64,000 bases of DNA from Oculina patagonica (Eukaryota): contig NC_135759.1 in NCBI RefSeq assembly GCF_052425735.1, positions 28,520,001 through 28,584,000 of the forward strand, read 5' to 3'. The translations under genes and the position numbers were made by a program. The notes beneath the pieces were generated by a model. The model saw only the letters and a program-made list of their open reading frames with translations. It had not been told where the DNA came from and did no database searches. Position 1 is the stretch's first letter; each line of letters begins with the position of its first letter. Positions 26,301 through 39,400 of the stretch are shown piece after piece.

Positions 26301-26516
26301 CTTTCCCCATTGTGTGGGATTGATAATTTTCCTGGCCCTGAGGGACTGTAACATGGCTTTATTTCCTGCTAAAACTGTGTGAAGATTTGCTGGTGGGTGG
26401 ATGGCATCGAATGTGTCTCTAAGTGCCTGTGTACCAACGTCAACCAGCAGACGACACAAGCGAGCATAGTTTGTTGTCTCCTTGGTGGAGGAAGCTATTG
26501 GTGGTGCAGCAGCCAT
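23331..26516 (-). CDS. HEPN-B-box-coiled coil-filamin-NHL protein, copy 3 (~833 aa; exons 26516-25811 and 25126-23331)
   Basis: HEPN motif RVKYFRNTVYGH. Donor GAAG|GTTAGT at 25811/25810; acceptor gataag|AT at 25127/25126. Phase 1 and in frame. Same domain order as copies 1 and 2. Confidence 0.88.
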
Positions 26517-27481
26517 GACTACAAGCTGATACTGGTCAATCTAAAGTTTAAGGAAAAAGTTCAGATATTCTGCTTTTTGAGAAAAAACTGATGCCAGTAA
26601 AGGCTAATATTTTCACTGTGCATTAGCACAAGCAAATGACTAATTAAGCATAAGCACGTGAGATGAATGAACCCACTCATTCTGTCCTCGCTTGCCATAA
26701 GCATAAGTATACGCACAGGAAGAACAAACAATTTTAGATGAGCGAATCTACTGCACACAGCTTGATGGTTTGTGCAAATATCATGAAAAACACCAGTGAC
26801 ATTTTCACTGAATGGTCCCAGTCAAAAAGAGCAGGTATTGCTGAGAACTTTTTTTACGTGCTCAGTGAAGTGAGAACTAATAGTAAACAAAAACTCGGTC
26901 AAATATTTTCAATAATTATCCTTATTACAGTGTTTCCCTTTAAATATGATTGTTTCTTTTGTGGTATTTACTCTAATTACGCATTGCGGACCTATTTCTC
27001 TCTAAGCAACTCGAGCGTGACCTCTCAAGCCCGCGTCCCGCGAGTCCATCCCGCGAAACGAGCGAACGACAATTAACGCTGCTTACGCCTTTTATTGTAC
27101 CTGTGAATGTTCTAATTAACTATTTAGCGAATGGACACAGTTTTTAACCACACTATACAGTGGAATCCCCATTTAACGTGCCCTTGATGTCTCAAACCTC
27201 TTCCGAATCAAACTCGTTTCCCTTCCCTCAGTCGAACACTGTTGTTTTACTCCCGATTCAGTTCTCGAAGAGTCTCGAACCAATTTTTGCTTCCCTTGGA
27301 GGTTCGAAAAATTGGTTTTCCATAGCCTGCGTAGCAGGAGTAAAAAGGGGGAGGTGGGGTTGGAGGATTGATTGTAGTGCAAGCAAGATGACTTTATGTG
27401 AACTTCAAAGATCTTGGCGCCCTATGCGCGTCCAATCCGAAGCATTTTGGGTATTCCATACATGCAAGTTATCAACCAGAT

Positions 27482-27734
27482 AATAGCGACCTTCAGATTT
27501 GACTACGAGTACGAGATCGAGTACGAATACGACTTTGGAATTTCGACACAATTATATCCCCCAAACTATAACTCTTCCCTGTTGCTATCTAACACATAAA
27601 TAAACGTAAACGTTAGGGATAATATTGGTGTGATAAGTGATTATAGGAGACCCATAGGAGGCACACGAATTTGGTTTGAAAGCTTGTACTCGTACTCAAT
27701 CTCGTACTCGTAGTCCAATCTAAAGGTCGCTATT
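27482..27734. mobile_element. MITE
   Basis: AATAGCGACCTTCAGATT / AATCTAAAGGTCGCTATT TIR with GAGTAC repeats. Confidence 0.75.
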
Positions 27735-29110
27735 GACGCGTGCGTTGTGGATCAGAATCCAAAATCAGAAACAAACCTGTGAATCTTGTAGAATTTCCGC
27801 AAATTGAAACCTTTGCACACCCAAACAGGAACGCGATCGTCAAAGACGGATCGCTTTACCATCAAAACTGACGACAATTGTACTTCACACTTTTTTACTG
27901 TGTTCCAATGGAAGAGCGATTTCCTTTGCTTTACTTTGGTGGTATAGTGAATTTTCTTCAACTTGTGAAATAGCTTGACGAAGTTTGACGGTATTGGTTG
28001 GCGATCACGAGATTTTCTCAGAAACAAAACCTGAAAACCGGAAATCGAACTTGAACAAGTATTTCCCACAGGGGTGGTGTGGTTGACTGGCTGTTTCTGT
28101 TAGTAAGTAAAACGACACATTTTACAAGAATTGAGAAGAAAAGGATAGAAATAACACGTATGTGTTAGTGGAAGATGAAAGGAACAAAGAAAGAAAAGAA
28201 CAAAAAGCATCTTTCTTTAGATTTAGATTCCATCAGTTGATCTTTCTTACCCTCTCTCCCCTCAGGTGCAGGCGTGGATAGTATATCGTGATAATGACAC
28301 CACGGGAAATTTCCCTGTCTGATTCAAGGGCTGTTCATTGGCTAGCTGTCGAACAAACAACCTTTGTTTCCGCGAAATAATTTACGACGCGCGCTGTATT
28401 TACTTTTGTCACTTTTATTTTTATCACACAAAAGTAACGCTAGCTTCAAAACCAGAACTGTCGAGTCGCTAAGAACGCAAATGCATGAAAGTTGTGATTT
28501 TAACGTGCACCCGTCTCCTATTTCTTCACATAGCGGGCATGGCGGACAAATCACAAATCCGGATGGGAGACGACTGTAGCAGCAACTTAACCTGCGATCA
28601 GGCGTTATCGCAGGTTAGCAGCCACTCGGCACAAGCACATTGGTACCCCGGGCATTGGTACAGGCAAAAAGGACTAAAGCCGCTTTGTTGTTTATCTTCC
28701 GCCTTTTACTAGCCGTAGCGACCATTCCGTCAACTCGAGCCCACGCTCTGCAGTTGAACGAAAAATATAATTAGAACGGGTTCTCTCTCATTTCGCTGTT
28801 TTGAGAGGCAGGCTGAGTGGGTATGAGGCCCGGGTATGAGGCGAAAAGAAATCGGCGAGTGAAGCGAATCAAGCGATGCCACTTTCCCTTCGCCTCATCC
28901 TCGACCAGAGAGCGACTAGGAAGCCTGTTCACTGTCTAGCGAATTGAAAGAGACTTAAAAAAAAAAACCTTCAGAGAAGAAAGTATAAAGGAGCCCTTTC
29001 ACACCCCGATCCCCCACCCCCCGCGCTGGGGTGCGGCGGGGGTAGCGTGAAGTGTGGCATGAACGTAAGGCCTGGGATCCAAAACAAAATGGCCACCGCC
29101 ACTATTTAGA

Positions 29111-30965
29111 ATGAGCACTGATGATGAGCTGGAAGGGTTGGCTTATTTGTGTTTCTTTGACGATGGCTCCTGGTTTCAGGTAAAGTTCTGTTTCGACCTT
29201 TTTATTGTGGCAATTCTGGCTGACAATGGAGTATCTTATACATAGTGGCCATGCAAAGTTACTTGTTCAAGCAAAGCTGATGCGTCTAAAAGATCTGAAA
29301 ATTTCTCATCATAAGCTCATAGATTTTCTTTTAAATTCCGCGCCACAATTGAAATAAAATAAATGCTAAGGTAAAATCAAAAGAACAAAACTTTCATTTA
29401 TTCTTCTGTGGAATAAATATTTTTGAGTAATTATTAAGCTTAATTAATTATGAATACAACTAAGAATTACTGAATTGTGACACTCATATCTTCAGTGAAG
29501 TGATAGTGTTTGAGAAGGTTATTTGGAAAGATTTCCGCACAGCCCCATACATTAATTACGTATGCAACTATTTCATGCTATCACTAAACACAAACAGCAA
29601 TCATGAAAAGAACGAATCTTTCAGAAAATTGCATGCATAATTAATCAGGGGCACCCAACGGAATATTTCGTTAAAATATCTGTTCGGAAGACGATTTGAG
29701 ATCTAGAATTTTCGGAACATTCATTGTAAATTTTTTTGCTTGCCTGCCTTTCCTAGGACTTTCGAATATCTAAAAAATGGTATAATTGTTCATTTTTAAC
29801 ATCACTAGACTTTCAGCTAGGAAATCCGAACAGATAAAAAAATTTTAGGGGATAAAAATATGCCTATATCTACCGTTTAAATACTAAAATACGTTAAACG
29901 GTGCTATATTTAAGTGGTTTTGAACTATATTCTCGATGGGTGCCCCTGATTAATGTATGGGGCTGTGCGAAAATCTTGCCGGTTATTTATTCAGAGACTG
30001 ATTACATGGTGAATTTCAGCTCAGGCTTTAATTTCAGTCGGGTTAGCTGGGCTGAGATCTCAGAACCTAGGCTTCCATAACTGAACAATATGGGCCATTA
30101 CATTTTTTACATTTTTTTCTGTTGCTCAATGTTGTTTTCTTGAATTATGGAAAATATATGAGAAGGCAGCTGGACTACTTGTAAACTAGAAATGTAAACA
30201 AAAGTGGGGGTGTAGGGAGCAAGGTGCAAATATTACATAATACTCAAAGTTAGGAGCATATTTTGTTTCAAAGTAAGAGTACTGTGATAGTCCTTAATCC
30301 ATTGCAGAAGCCATCTCTATCCCTCCCCCTCTAGCATACATCTCTACCATGTAAATTAAATGTCCCAAGAATATTCTACTCCTAATAATACATAAACCTG
30401 GCTGGAGAGAGCCTGTACTGTCATCTAGTGAAGGCCAAGGCCTGGGATGAATAGGTGATCAGTGAGAAGTCACAAGCTATAGTCAAACTGGGCTTGATTG
30501 ACCTATGGATCATACATACTGAGTGGGGGTCTGATGAACAATTTAAACATCATGAGTACACTATACCAGCAATAATTGAACTGTAGCAACTTGAACTACC
30601 TACATTTAATTGCTGTGAAAGCTCAACAGACTGCTAAGCCCCTTTTGGCTGCAGGATTTGCTTACTTTATAAGATTGTAGAACACATAAAAATTGATGTA
30701 CAATAGCATTTTCGATTGCAGTTGTTATATACATTTATACCAATCTGCTGACCAAATAGAAAAATTGAATAATTTGTAAGTATGTGTATCTATAGGGATA
30801 TTGCAGTTGATAATTTACTCTAAGTGCAGTGACATAGGGTGACATACATACATATTTTGTTTCATATCTTAGGGAACACTGCTGACAAAGAATAAAAAAC
30901 AATATGGAGTCATGGGAGAAAGTGAGTATTCAGACTACTGTGAAAGTAATAAAATTTTTTTTTTT

Positions 30966-31016
<51 letters not shown>

Positions 31017-33187
31017 TATTCCTTTCTGTACATGTAGCTGTTTTGCTAGGAAATTTATTTAGTACTGGTAAATGCATAAAAGGCGGGCTTCATGATCTTC
31101 CAAGCCAAGTTTATATGTGCTTCCTGTCCATGTGTTCAAGAATTTATGCATGCATGGGAATCTTGTAAACCGGTGTTTTGATTGTGTTCCACACAAAAGT
31201 TTTATTTATACAACAATGTAGAATAAAACAATAATAATTATTATTATTATTATTATTGGTTTAAATGTATTACAAGCAGAACAATCAACGTTTAAGTAAT
31301 TGTTGTCAGCTTCATCTGTTAGCTTTGGTATTGCACTTACTTAATTTGACCTTGCTTATTCTAGATATCATAAATCTCACCCAATAATAATTAATTATTT
31401 AACAGCATGTGATCCACCAGAGGAAGGATTTGCTGAATGTTGTTTTGAAGATGAACCATTATTTTACAAGATAACCATTATTGACCTTAAAGTTAATGAA
31501 GAAATGGTAAGTCACAACTGAAAAGGAGTCAAGAGGAGTAAGAGTCACCGACTATATATGAGTTGACCCTTAATAATAATACACCAGGCTACCAACTGTC
31601 CCATGACTTGCATAGTGGCCTAATAGTAAATGTGCTCAGATCCAGGATCATATTATGGCCACTTGAGATCAGGGTGCATACATCGGACACGGAGGCCGAC
31701 TTCGTGGTTCCCAAGTGGACATTTCAGACTGATATCATGGGTGATCTCAATTTGCCGAGTGCAGGGACATGTCCTCAGTGAAAATTATTTGCAGTTCTGT
31801 GGGATGGAACGCTGAACAGGATCATTGTGTTGACTATTCTTGTGCAAGACGTTTTACTCTGACAAGGTTATAGATGGGTACCAGTAAACTGCTGCTTGGG
31901 TTAAGCCTATGTTACAGACTGTCAACACTTCTATGGATAGTAATATTATTTTTGACTGTTTGTGACATCATTGTCCATCTGTACCACAGGCCACTGTTGG
32001 GCCGGGGCAACCTGACAAAAACCTCTGGTTGGGGGGGTGGGGAGGGGGGAGGAGAAGGTAAAATTCAAAGAAATAACAACCCATCAATATTTTAATTTAG
32101 TATATACTAAAACAGTGGATATCATAGCATTTTTGGTGCAAAATGGTTGGGCTACTGAAACTCCAAATATCCTTTGCTATTCGATCACCTCCGAGAAATA
32201 TATGCAGGAAAATTGTAATTGTTGTTAGGAATAAACAAGTCTTAAATCATCTTTCTGGGCTATATTATCTCACTTTTTAGTATGTACAGTACAATAGATT
32301 CACCTCAGTGTCAGTGGCTAGTGGTGGATATTTACCTCACCGCTTTGCGGCTTGGTAAATATCCACCACTAGCCACCTCCACTTTGGTAAATAGTTGTTA
32401 ACTATATTCATATCTTGAAGAAGCACTTTTTGTTGGTTCATGCTAAAAAAAAACCAGGATAATGTTTCTGGCAGTAGCTGGCAGTGTGAGTCACCATTCT
32501 TCAATGCAGGATCCACCTCTTGCGCCCCCCCCCCTCACCCTCAGGGTAGCTACTTCCTCCTCCCTTGGTTAACTGGAATTTTATTTTGCCGGCCCTTGGA
32601 AAGGTGTTCAAACATGTGATGAAGACTGGTGGTGATAACTGTACACTAACATCAAGTGAGATGGACTTTGAAACAGAGGAACTCCTGGTTGGAAGCAAGG
32701 TGGGTCGACAACGTCTTAAAAATGTATTTTTATACACCTATTTTGCACTGGCATCACAAAGGTTTTGGCTTCAAATCTTCTTGATGAGTGCATTAATTAA
32801 TCAATTTTAATTAATCAATTTTAATAATTGTCAATGTCTACTTCATACCAACATTTAATAGCATTGTGTTTTGTGATGTGTTTTTAACCAGTTTTGACAA
32901 ATAGACTATGTTGAGTTCATTGTGTTTAAAGTGAATTTATTCATGACGACACTTGCTCAATGATAAGCTTGTTAGCATAGACGGATTTCGGTCTGTGTTT
33001 GCAGGCTAATGCTTAGATGTACATCAAACTTCCATGCAAATTTGGATGATGTATTTTGTTCCATGTTTATTTTTGTCAACAGGCAGAAAGTCATGTTAGC
33101 AAATATTGCCGGTCAGAGCTGAAAGGGAAGGAGTGCATTGTTTGCTCGGGACATATGATAATTCACTCCAAAGAACAGTCAGACTGA
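29111..33187 (+). CDS. Uncharacterised small acidic, Cys-containing protein (139 aa; exons 29111-29179, 30873-30921, 31406-31506, 32604-32699, 33083-33187)
   Basis: Five exons with GT-AG sites and compatible phases (0,1,0,0) join into an open 420-nt CDS, MSTDDELEGLAYLCFFDDGSWFQGTLL...CIVCSGHMIIHSKEQSD*. The ATG is preceded by a GC-rich segment and an AAAATGGCC motif. No family recognised. Confidence 0.7.
29646..29948. mobile_element. MITE nested in another inverted-repeat element (29530-29975)
   Basis: TIR CAGGGGCACCCA / TGGGTGCCCCTG with an ATTAAT duplication. Confidence 0.75.
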
Positions 33188-35121
33188 CAAACTGTTGTGT
33201 TCTGCTGTATTTCCTAAAGGAAAAGTAATGAACTCATGTCTACTTATTAATTTTCAACATGGGTGGTAATGCATGCAACAGCACTTTTTGACTTGTAATG
33301 TAAAGCTATTGCCCTTTGAATGATAACTTGATTCTTGATTTTAACAGTTGGGGAAACAAGATCCGTTTCTTTAGCATTTTTTGTTGAACCACACAAAAAT
33401 AACTTTTTATGTTTTCTGTTCAATCAGTGATACTATAAGCATTCTGAAATTATCATGTCAGCTTGTTGTCAATTGAAATACATTATCTAACCTTGCAACG
33501 CCTTGCTTAGCAATTCTGTCCCTTGTAATGGGACAATGTGATCCTGTTGATGTTGACATTTTGTTTTTTATAAGCTCTATTCTATGACTGTTCCAAAAGA
33601 AATTGCACCACCAATCAGAGCAGTAAAGAAAGCTAGAAGAGATCATTTTCGTAGCATTAGACTGAACCTGTTAATTTATTATGGTGTTTAAGTTAACACA
33701 TGGTTTGCATGGGCCTGGAAAGTCCTAAAAATGAAAAATAAAAATGTTTTATATTTAAATCGCCCTTAATACCACTGAGCAGTCCTTGAATTCTATTAAG
33801 AAGTCCTTGAATGCTTGACACTACGAGGTGAAAAGCAATATTCTGCTACCAAAAGAAGGCAGGAGTAGCAGTGGACATGCATATAAGTCAAGAAAACATT
33901 TAAATGTTTTGTACATGTTTGCAGTCTCAAAAAGTCAATTTCAATGATACCGGGATAAGTTATTTCTATTTAAAGTACCCAACAACGTAAGACACCGCGC
34001 CATCAATGGCGTTTTGAGTATTTCTATTTTGTGCTCACCCTCCTCGCCTCGTGGAGAAGCGCAGGGGCCTAATAGCTTAATTATTATTATAGTGCTCTGG
34101 ACTCCGGATCGAGCAGTCCGAGTTCGATCCCCTGGCCGGGGTCACTGTGTTGTGTTCTTATGTGATTCTGGGGAAATTGCTAACTGGCCTTGAAACAAAA
34201 GGTCTGAAGTAAATATGACCATGTAACATGTCCAGTTATCCTGTTTCTAAACACCAAGGATGAAATTAAATACCAGCTTTTATTGCCTTGTCACCTGTCT
34301 CTTTAGGCTAAAATGCAAGGGTCGTTAAGTAATTGTATAAAATCGTAGCCAGATATGTGGTGAATTTAGCCGAAAACAGGCTTGGAATTGATGGCGAACA
34401 GTGCATAGCGGATCGGATTGGTAAAAACGATAGGCTGTAATTAAAAGAAAAAAATCGCTACACAATTAGTAACGACCATGCAACTAACAGCTGATGCGGC
34501 CTAGCTGAAGTGTTCTAGCTTTTGAGAGTGATAAATGATTGGTGAATTTCCAATTAAAGGAATTGGAAATGAAGAGAAAAAAGGGGTTTTTGGAATATTT
34601 TTTTTTTTTTTTTTTTTATGTTCTAGCTTAGGCGCGTTCTCTAAGAATCAAAGCCGTAACTAGCAAGAGGCAAGACGAGGCACTTGTCTCGTCTAGATTT
34701 TTGCCCAAAATTAAAAACTATATTTGTTTTGTTTTTTTGAAGGGGAAATAATCCCCAGTCGAACAAAATTTGTTTTTTCTCAAGAAACACCTTATGAAGA
34801 ATGTGTCTGATAAAGATACAGAACTTCTAGATTTCAATATTTTCTGGAGGGCATGCCCCCAGAACCTCCTAGCAGATCTTGCCTTGTCCTTGGCAAAGGT
34901 CTGGTTACAGCCCTGAGAATTCAAATTTTCTTTTTTCTCTGCTAACTTTCAACGAATTACGCTCATGTTTCATACCTCTAATAAGCGTTACTTGACAAAA
35001 ACTGAAGCAAACATGAACATGTAACATTACAGGTATTCTTACCTTTATAAGAGGCTTGAAACAGGTTCCGGTATTGTGTAGCGTTACAAGAATTTCAACG
35101 CCATTGAAATCTGTTGCTAAA

Positions 35122-36414
35122 ATGGCAGGGAATACTGACAGTTCAAGGAAAAACTGCTCTAGAACGATTGTTCTCAGAGTTTTATTGAAATTTTCTTCCA
35201 TTGTAGCGGTGGGTTTTGCCTCGTTCCTTGGCGGGTACTTGCTGAACTCAATTTATCCGTCAAACAACCAAGAAATACGAGCCAAAATGAATCCGATTGA
35301 GCGGAGAAGTACGCGACGTTTAGCTTCTCATTTTCAAACACAACTCTTGAGTTCATTCAAAGCTGAAAATCTCGAAGAAAATTTAAGGTAAGATCAAATA
35401 TATATTTTAATAAACAAGATCGAGTTCATACTTCCATACAATCAATATCAGGGCCGTATAGCTACGAGCCGAGGCACATGTCTCAGTAAAAAAAATCTAG
35501 AATTTATTAATTCTGTCATATTCCTGCAAGAGGCTATGCATTACTAGTACAGTCGAATCCCGATAACTCGAACCTTCAAGGGAAATCCAAAAAGGTTCGA
35601 GATATCGGGAGTTCGAGTTATCGAGGGTAAAATTAGTAAGAAAATGACCTGAAGGGGAATCGAAAAAATTTCGAGTTAGCGGGAGTTCGAGTTACTGAGG
35701 GTTCGAGTTATCGGGATTCAACTGTAAGTAAGTAAATGTGAAAGAAGTGTTTATTGTTCTGGTATTGCCTAAAAATTGCATTGCCGGGCTTCTAGATTTC
35801 GAAATTAGACCCCCTGGTGGCTCGGACCTTCGGCGCGTCGCAATTGCCTCGGTTGTCACAAAAGTCTAGCTACGGGACTGTCAATCAGTGATGTGAAGTT
35901 TTTACATACATACATGTACCAAATGTCTGGCAGTTGTTTGTTTTATATGTTGTAGGTATTTTTCCGAAGAGCCACATTTTGCTGGCTCAAAACGCAATAA
36001 CGATTTGGCGCAGCATATTGCCAAGAAATGGAAAGAGTACGGATTTGATCAAGTTGAAATGCCAAAGTACGACGTGTTGATGAACTCACCACGGAAAGAT
36101 ATGAAGAGCAAAGTGGAAATTTATCACAAAGGCGAGGTTGTGTTTAAATCACAATCCCATGAAAAGGTATGAGAATTTTTATGTTAAATGTTTCTGTAAT
36201 CTCACTCACGGAGCTTGCCCTTGTTGGGTTTCTAGTCCATCTTTGGTTACGTCGGGCTCCCACCAGTATTTTGCCGGTTGCTCTAACAATTTGCAGGTCC
36301 TCATTTATACCACTGGATGGAGACAGGCACTGTGATTAGTACAGTGCCTTTCTTAAGAATACAACACATAATAATTGAATAAGGTTTTCATAGAAAAAAG
36401 GAAAAAAAAAATTA

Positions 36415-36481
<67 letters not shown>

Positions 36482-39400
36482 CGTCCTGCGTTCGAACTCG
36501 GACCACTCAGTCAGAAGTGCAACGCGATATATTGTTTTGTAGAAGGTTCAGTTGTCTTGTATATTTTATCGACCCTGTATTACCTCGAGTTAGCGCCCTG
36601 GCGCTTATTTAAAATTTCGGCTCAAGTGCAAGGGGAGGGTGGGGGATGCTGCGCTTTTGGGGCGCGATGCTTATTAAGTTCCCCATTCAAAGGACTCAAC
36701 GGTCCTCGGAGAGTAAAAAAAGGCAATAGGGCAAAAAGTTAAGAAAGCCAGGGGGAAGCCAGGGAGAGGGCGCTTATTCGAGGAAATACGATATATTAAA
36801 CATTCTTTGTCGTATCAACAGATTTTGCGTAAAGATGAAGAAAAGTCCAAAGACATGCCGATTTTTCTGGGTTACTCCCCCAGTGGGGTGGTGGAGGGAG
36901 AAATTGTGTATGCCAACTTTGGAACCGAAAAGGATTTTAGAAAACTGAAAGCTATGGGCGTGTCTGTGAAAAATAAAATTGTTCTTGTGCGTGTAGGAAG
37001 AGTGTTCAGAGGAAACAAGGTATGTACAATACATACATATTAATTAAAACTATAACAAAATTTTCGAACGTGATTGGTTATCAACAGCCCGATTTGAGCA
37101 CTAATGCCCTGGTAATAGGACAGTGTACGCGTCATGCTTGTAATTGGACAGTGTAATAGGACAGTAAAAGCGCCATGCCTGTGTTATTAAACAGTACACG
37201 TAAATAAATAATAATAAATATCTTAATTGACCACTCCCCGAATGGGGCCATTTTAAATTATTTAACTTTAAAAAAATTTTTTTAATTAAAATTATATTTT
37301 TTAAAAATCCCAATTGCGGGGGGCAGCCATTTGGTTTTTTAAAGGTTTGCCGGGGGTTTTATTTGGGGGCTAACAAAAAAAAAACACTTTGAAAAAAAAT
37401 TTTTTAACACCCCCCCCCCCCCCCCCCCCCCACTTTGCCTCTCGCTGTTGTTGTGCATTTGGTTGAGTAAACTATTATGTTTTCACCATTTCGCCGGTAA
37501 AGTTCGTTTACTTTTCGAATTTTGTCACAGTTTTGATTAATTGGTAACAAGACTTCGTTTCGTCCAATTCTGTCTGTAATCATACTCGTGATTTGACAAA
37601 TCGGATACCCGCTTCGCGGTCGTCCGATTTTGTTAATCACTCGTATGAGTGATAAACAAAATTGGACTCCACTCAGTCCTATTTACCATTATATATCAGA
37701 AAACCTAATGACCTTGACGTACCTGGCCCCATTCCTAGTTTAAAAACTGTTTCAGTAGGCAGGACTTTATAGTTGTATAGCTCTCAGATTGCTTACTTAG
37801 TTTATCACAGTCATGTTCCTTAGGATTTGACTTCTTAAAACTTAATTAGTCATGTTCTTAAAGTCATTCGTCCAGGTAGTGCAGATCACGCTTTTCGTTT
37901 TTAGCAACAGCTTTCTGCATGAATTGTGTGGACAGTCATTCGTCTTGTAGAGAAAACTGAACTGGGATTTATATTTCCGAGTACGGATAGAATTCCTTTA
38001 TAGAACAAAACACGCAAATATGCCTTTTTTCTTTCACCATTTCTTTTCTTTTCTTTTTTGCAAAGGTATTCAATGCTGTTGCACACGGTGCCTCTGGGGC
38101 CCTTATATACACCGACCCCGCACAGTTCGCACCAGAAGGAACCGAAAACACGTTCCCACAATCTTGGTGGCTCCCAGACTCTGGGACTCAGCGTGGGTCT
38201 TCGATGGGTGCAGCGGGGCCTGGAGACCCACTCACGCCAGGCTTTCCTTCTGTTGATGGTATATACCGCCAGCCTATTAACGAAAGTGGTTTACCAACAA
38301 TTCCTGCCTTTGCACTGTCGTACGGAGACGCGCAAGAGATATTGTGTCGAATGAAAGGTCAGTATCGAAGCCGCTTTATAATATTCAAATAGCGCATCCG
38401 AATTAAGGTGCCGTGGGGGTCATGGGTTCGAATTCTGTAACAAGAGATCGCATATAAGATATATTAACAAATCGAAAAGCGAACACCATGTTTTATATGA
38501 ACATAAAACACGAAGGGCCTTTGAAAGGTTGTGTGTAGAACGGGTGGAGCCAGGCAACTGAAGTGTTTTGTATAGTATGATACTTTGTTTTGTAATCGTG
38601 CTTTATACGCTTTTCAGTTTTCAGCTAGCAACTCGAAACTCACGCAGGCTTCAATCTGTGTTCTAAATAAACTAAGTATATTTCGGCTTTATCCACTAAA
38701 ATGTTTGACTCAATTTTTACAGGACGTAAAGCACCTAAAGACTGGCAAGGAGGCTTGCAACTAACATATCACCTTGGACCAGGATTTAAAAACGAAAGTC
38801 TTTCATTACGGATGGAAGTGAACAACCATCTGGAAACTAAAACCATTTACAACGTGATTGGCCAAATCAGGGGCGCCGAGGAACCCGACCGCTATGTACT
38901 CATGGGAAATCATCGAGACGCCTGGGTGTTTGGAGCCGCTGATGCGGTCAGCGGTACGTCTGTGTTGATGGAAGTGTCACGTGGTCTAGGAGAACTACTT
39001 AAGACGGGGTGGCGGCCTCGCCGGACCATAATGCTATGTAGCTGGGATGCAGAGGAAGTGTTTGTTGTTGGATCAGCAGAATGGGTTGAGGAAAACGCTC
39101 GGATTCTTCAGGATCGCGCTGTTGGTTACCTCAATATGGACGTAGCTGTAAATGGCAATTTCAGTATAAACGTTGACGCGAATCCTTTGCTTCAAGACCT
39201 GGCTGTCTCTTTGACAAAAGAAGTCTGTGATCCCACAGTTTCACACGCTTGCAAAAGCATGTACGATGTGATGTTGGAGAGAGATGTTACTAAACATGTC
39301 AATGGCTCCCCGGTCTGTGATAATTTATCATTCGGTAGTGACTACGCGTCTTTCTATCATTTCCTCGGAGTTTCTTGTGCTGATTGGTCTTACATCTTTG

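Noticed and set aside
36415-37431. Very long T/C homopolymers (also 30955-31011 and 48645-48691) and a scrambled SINE-like stretch at ~37230-37430
   Set aside because: Most likely consensus or sequencing artefacts rather than biology.
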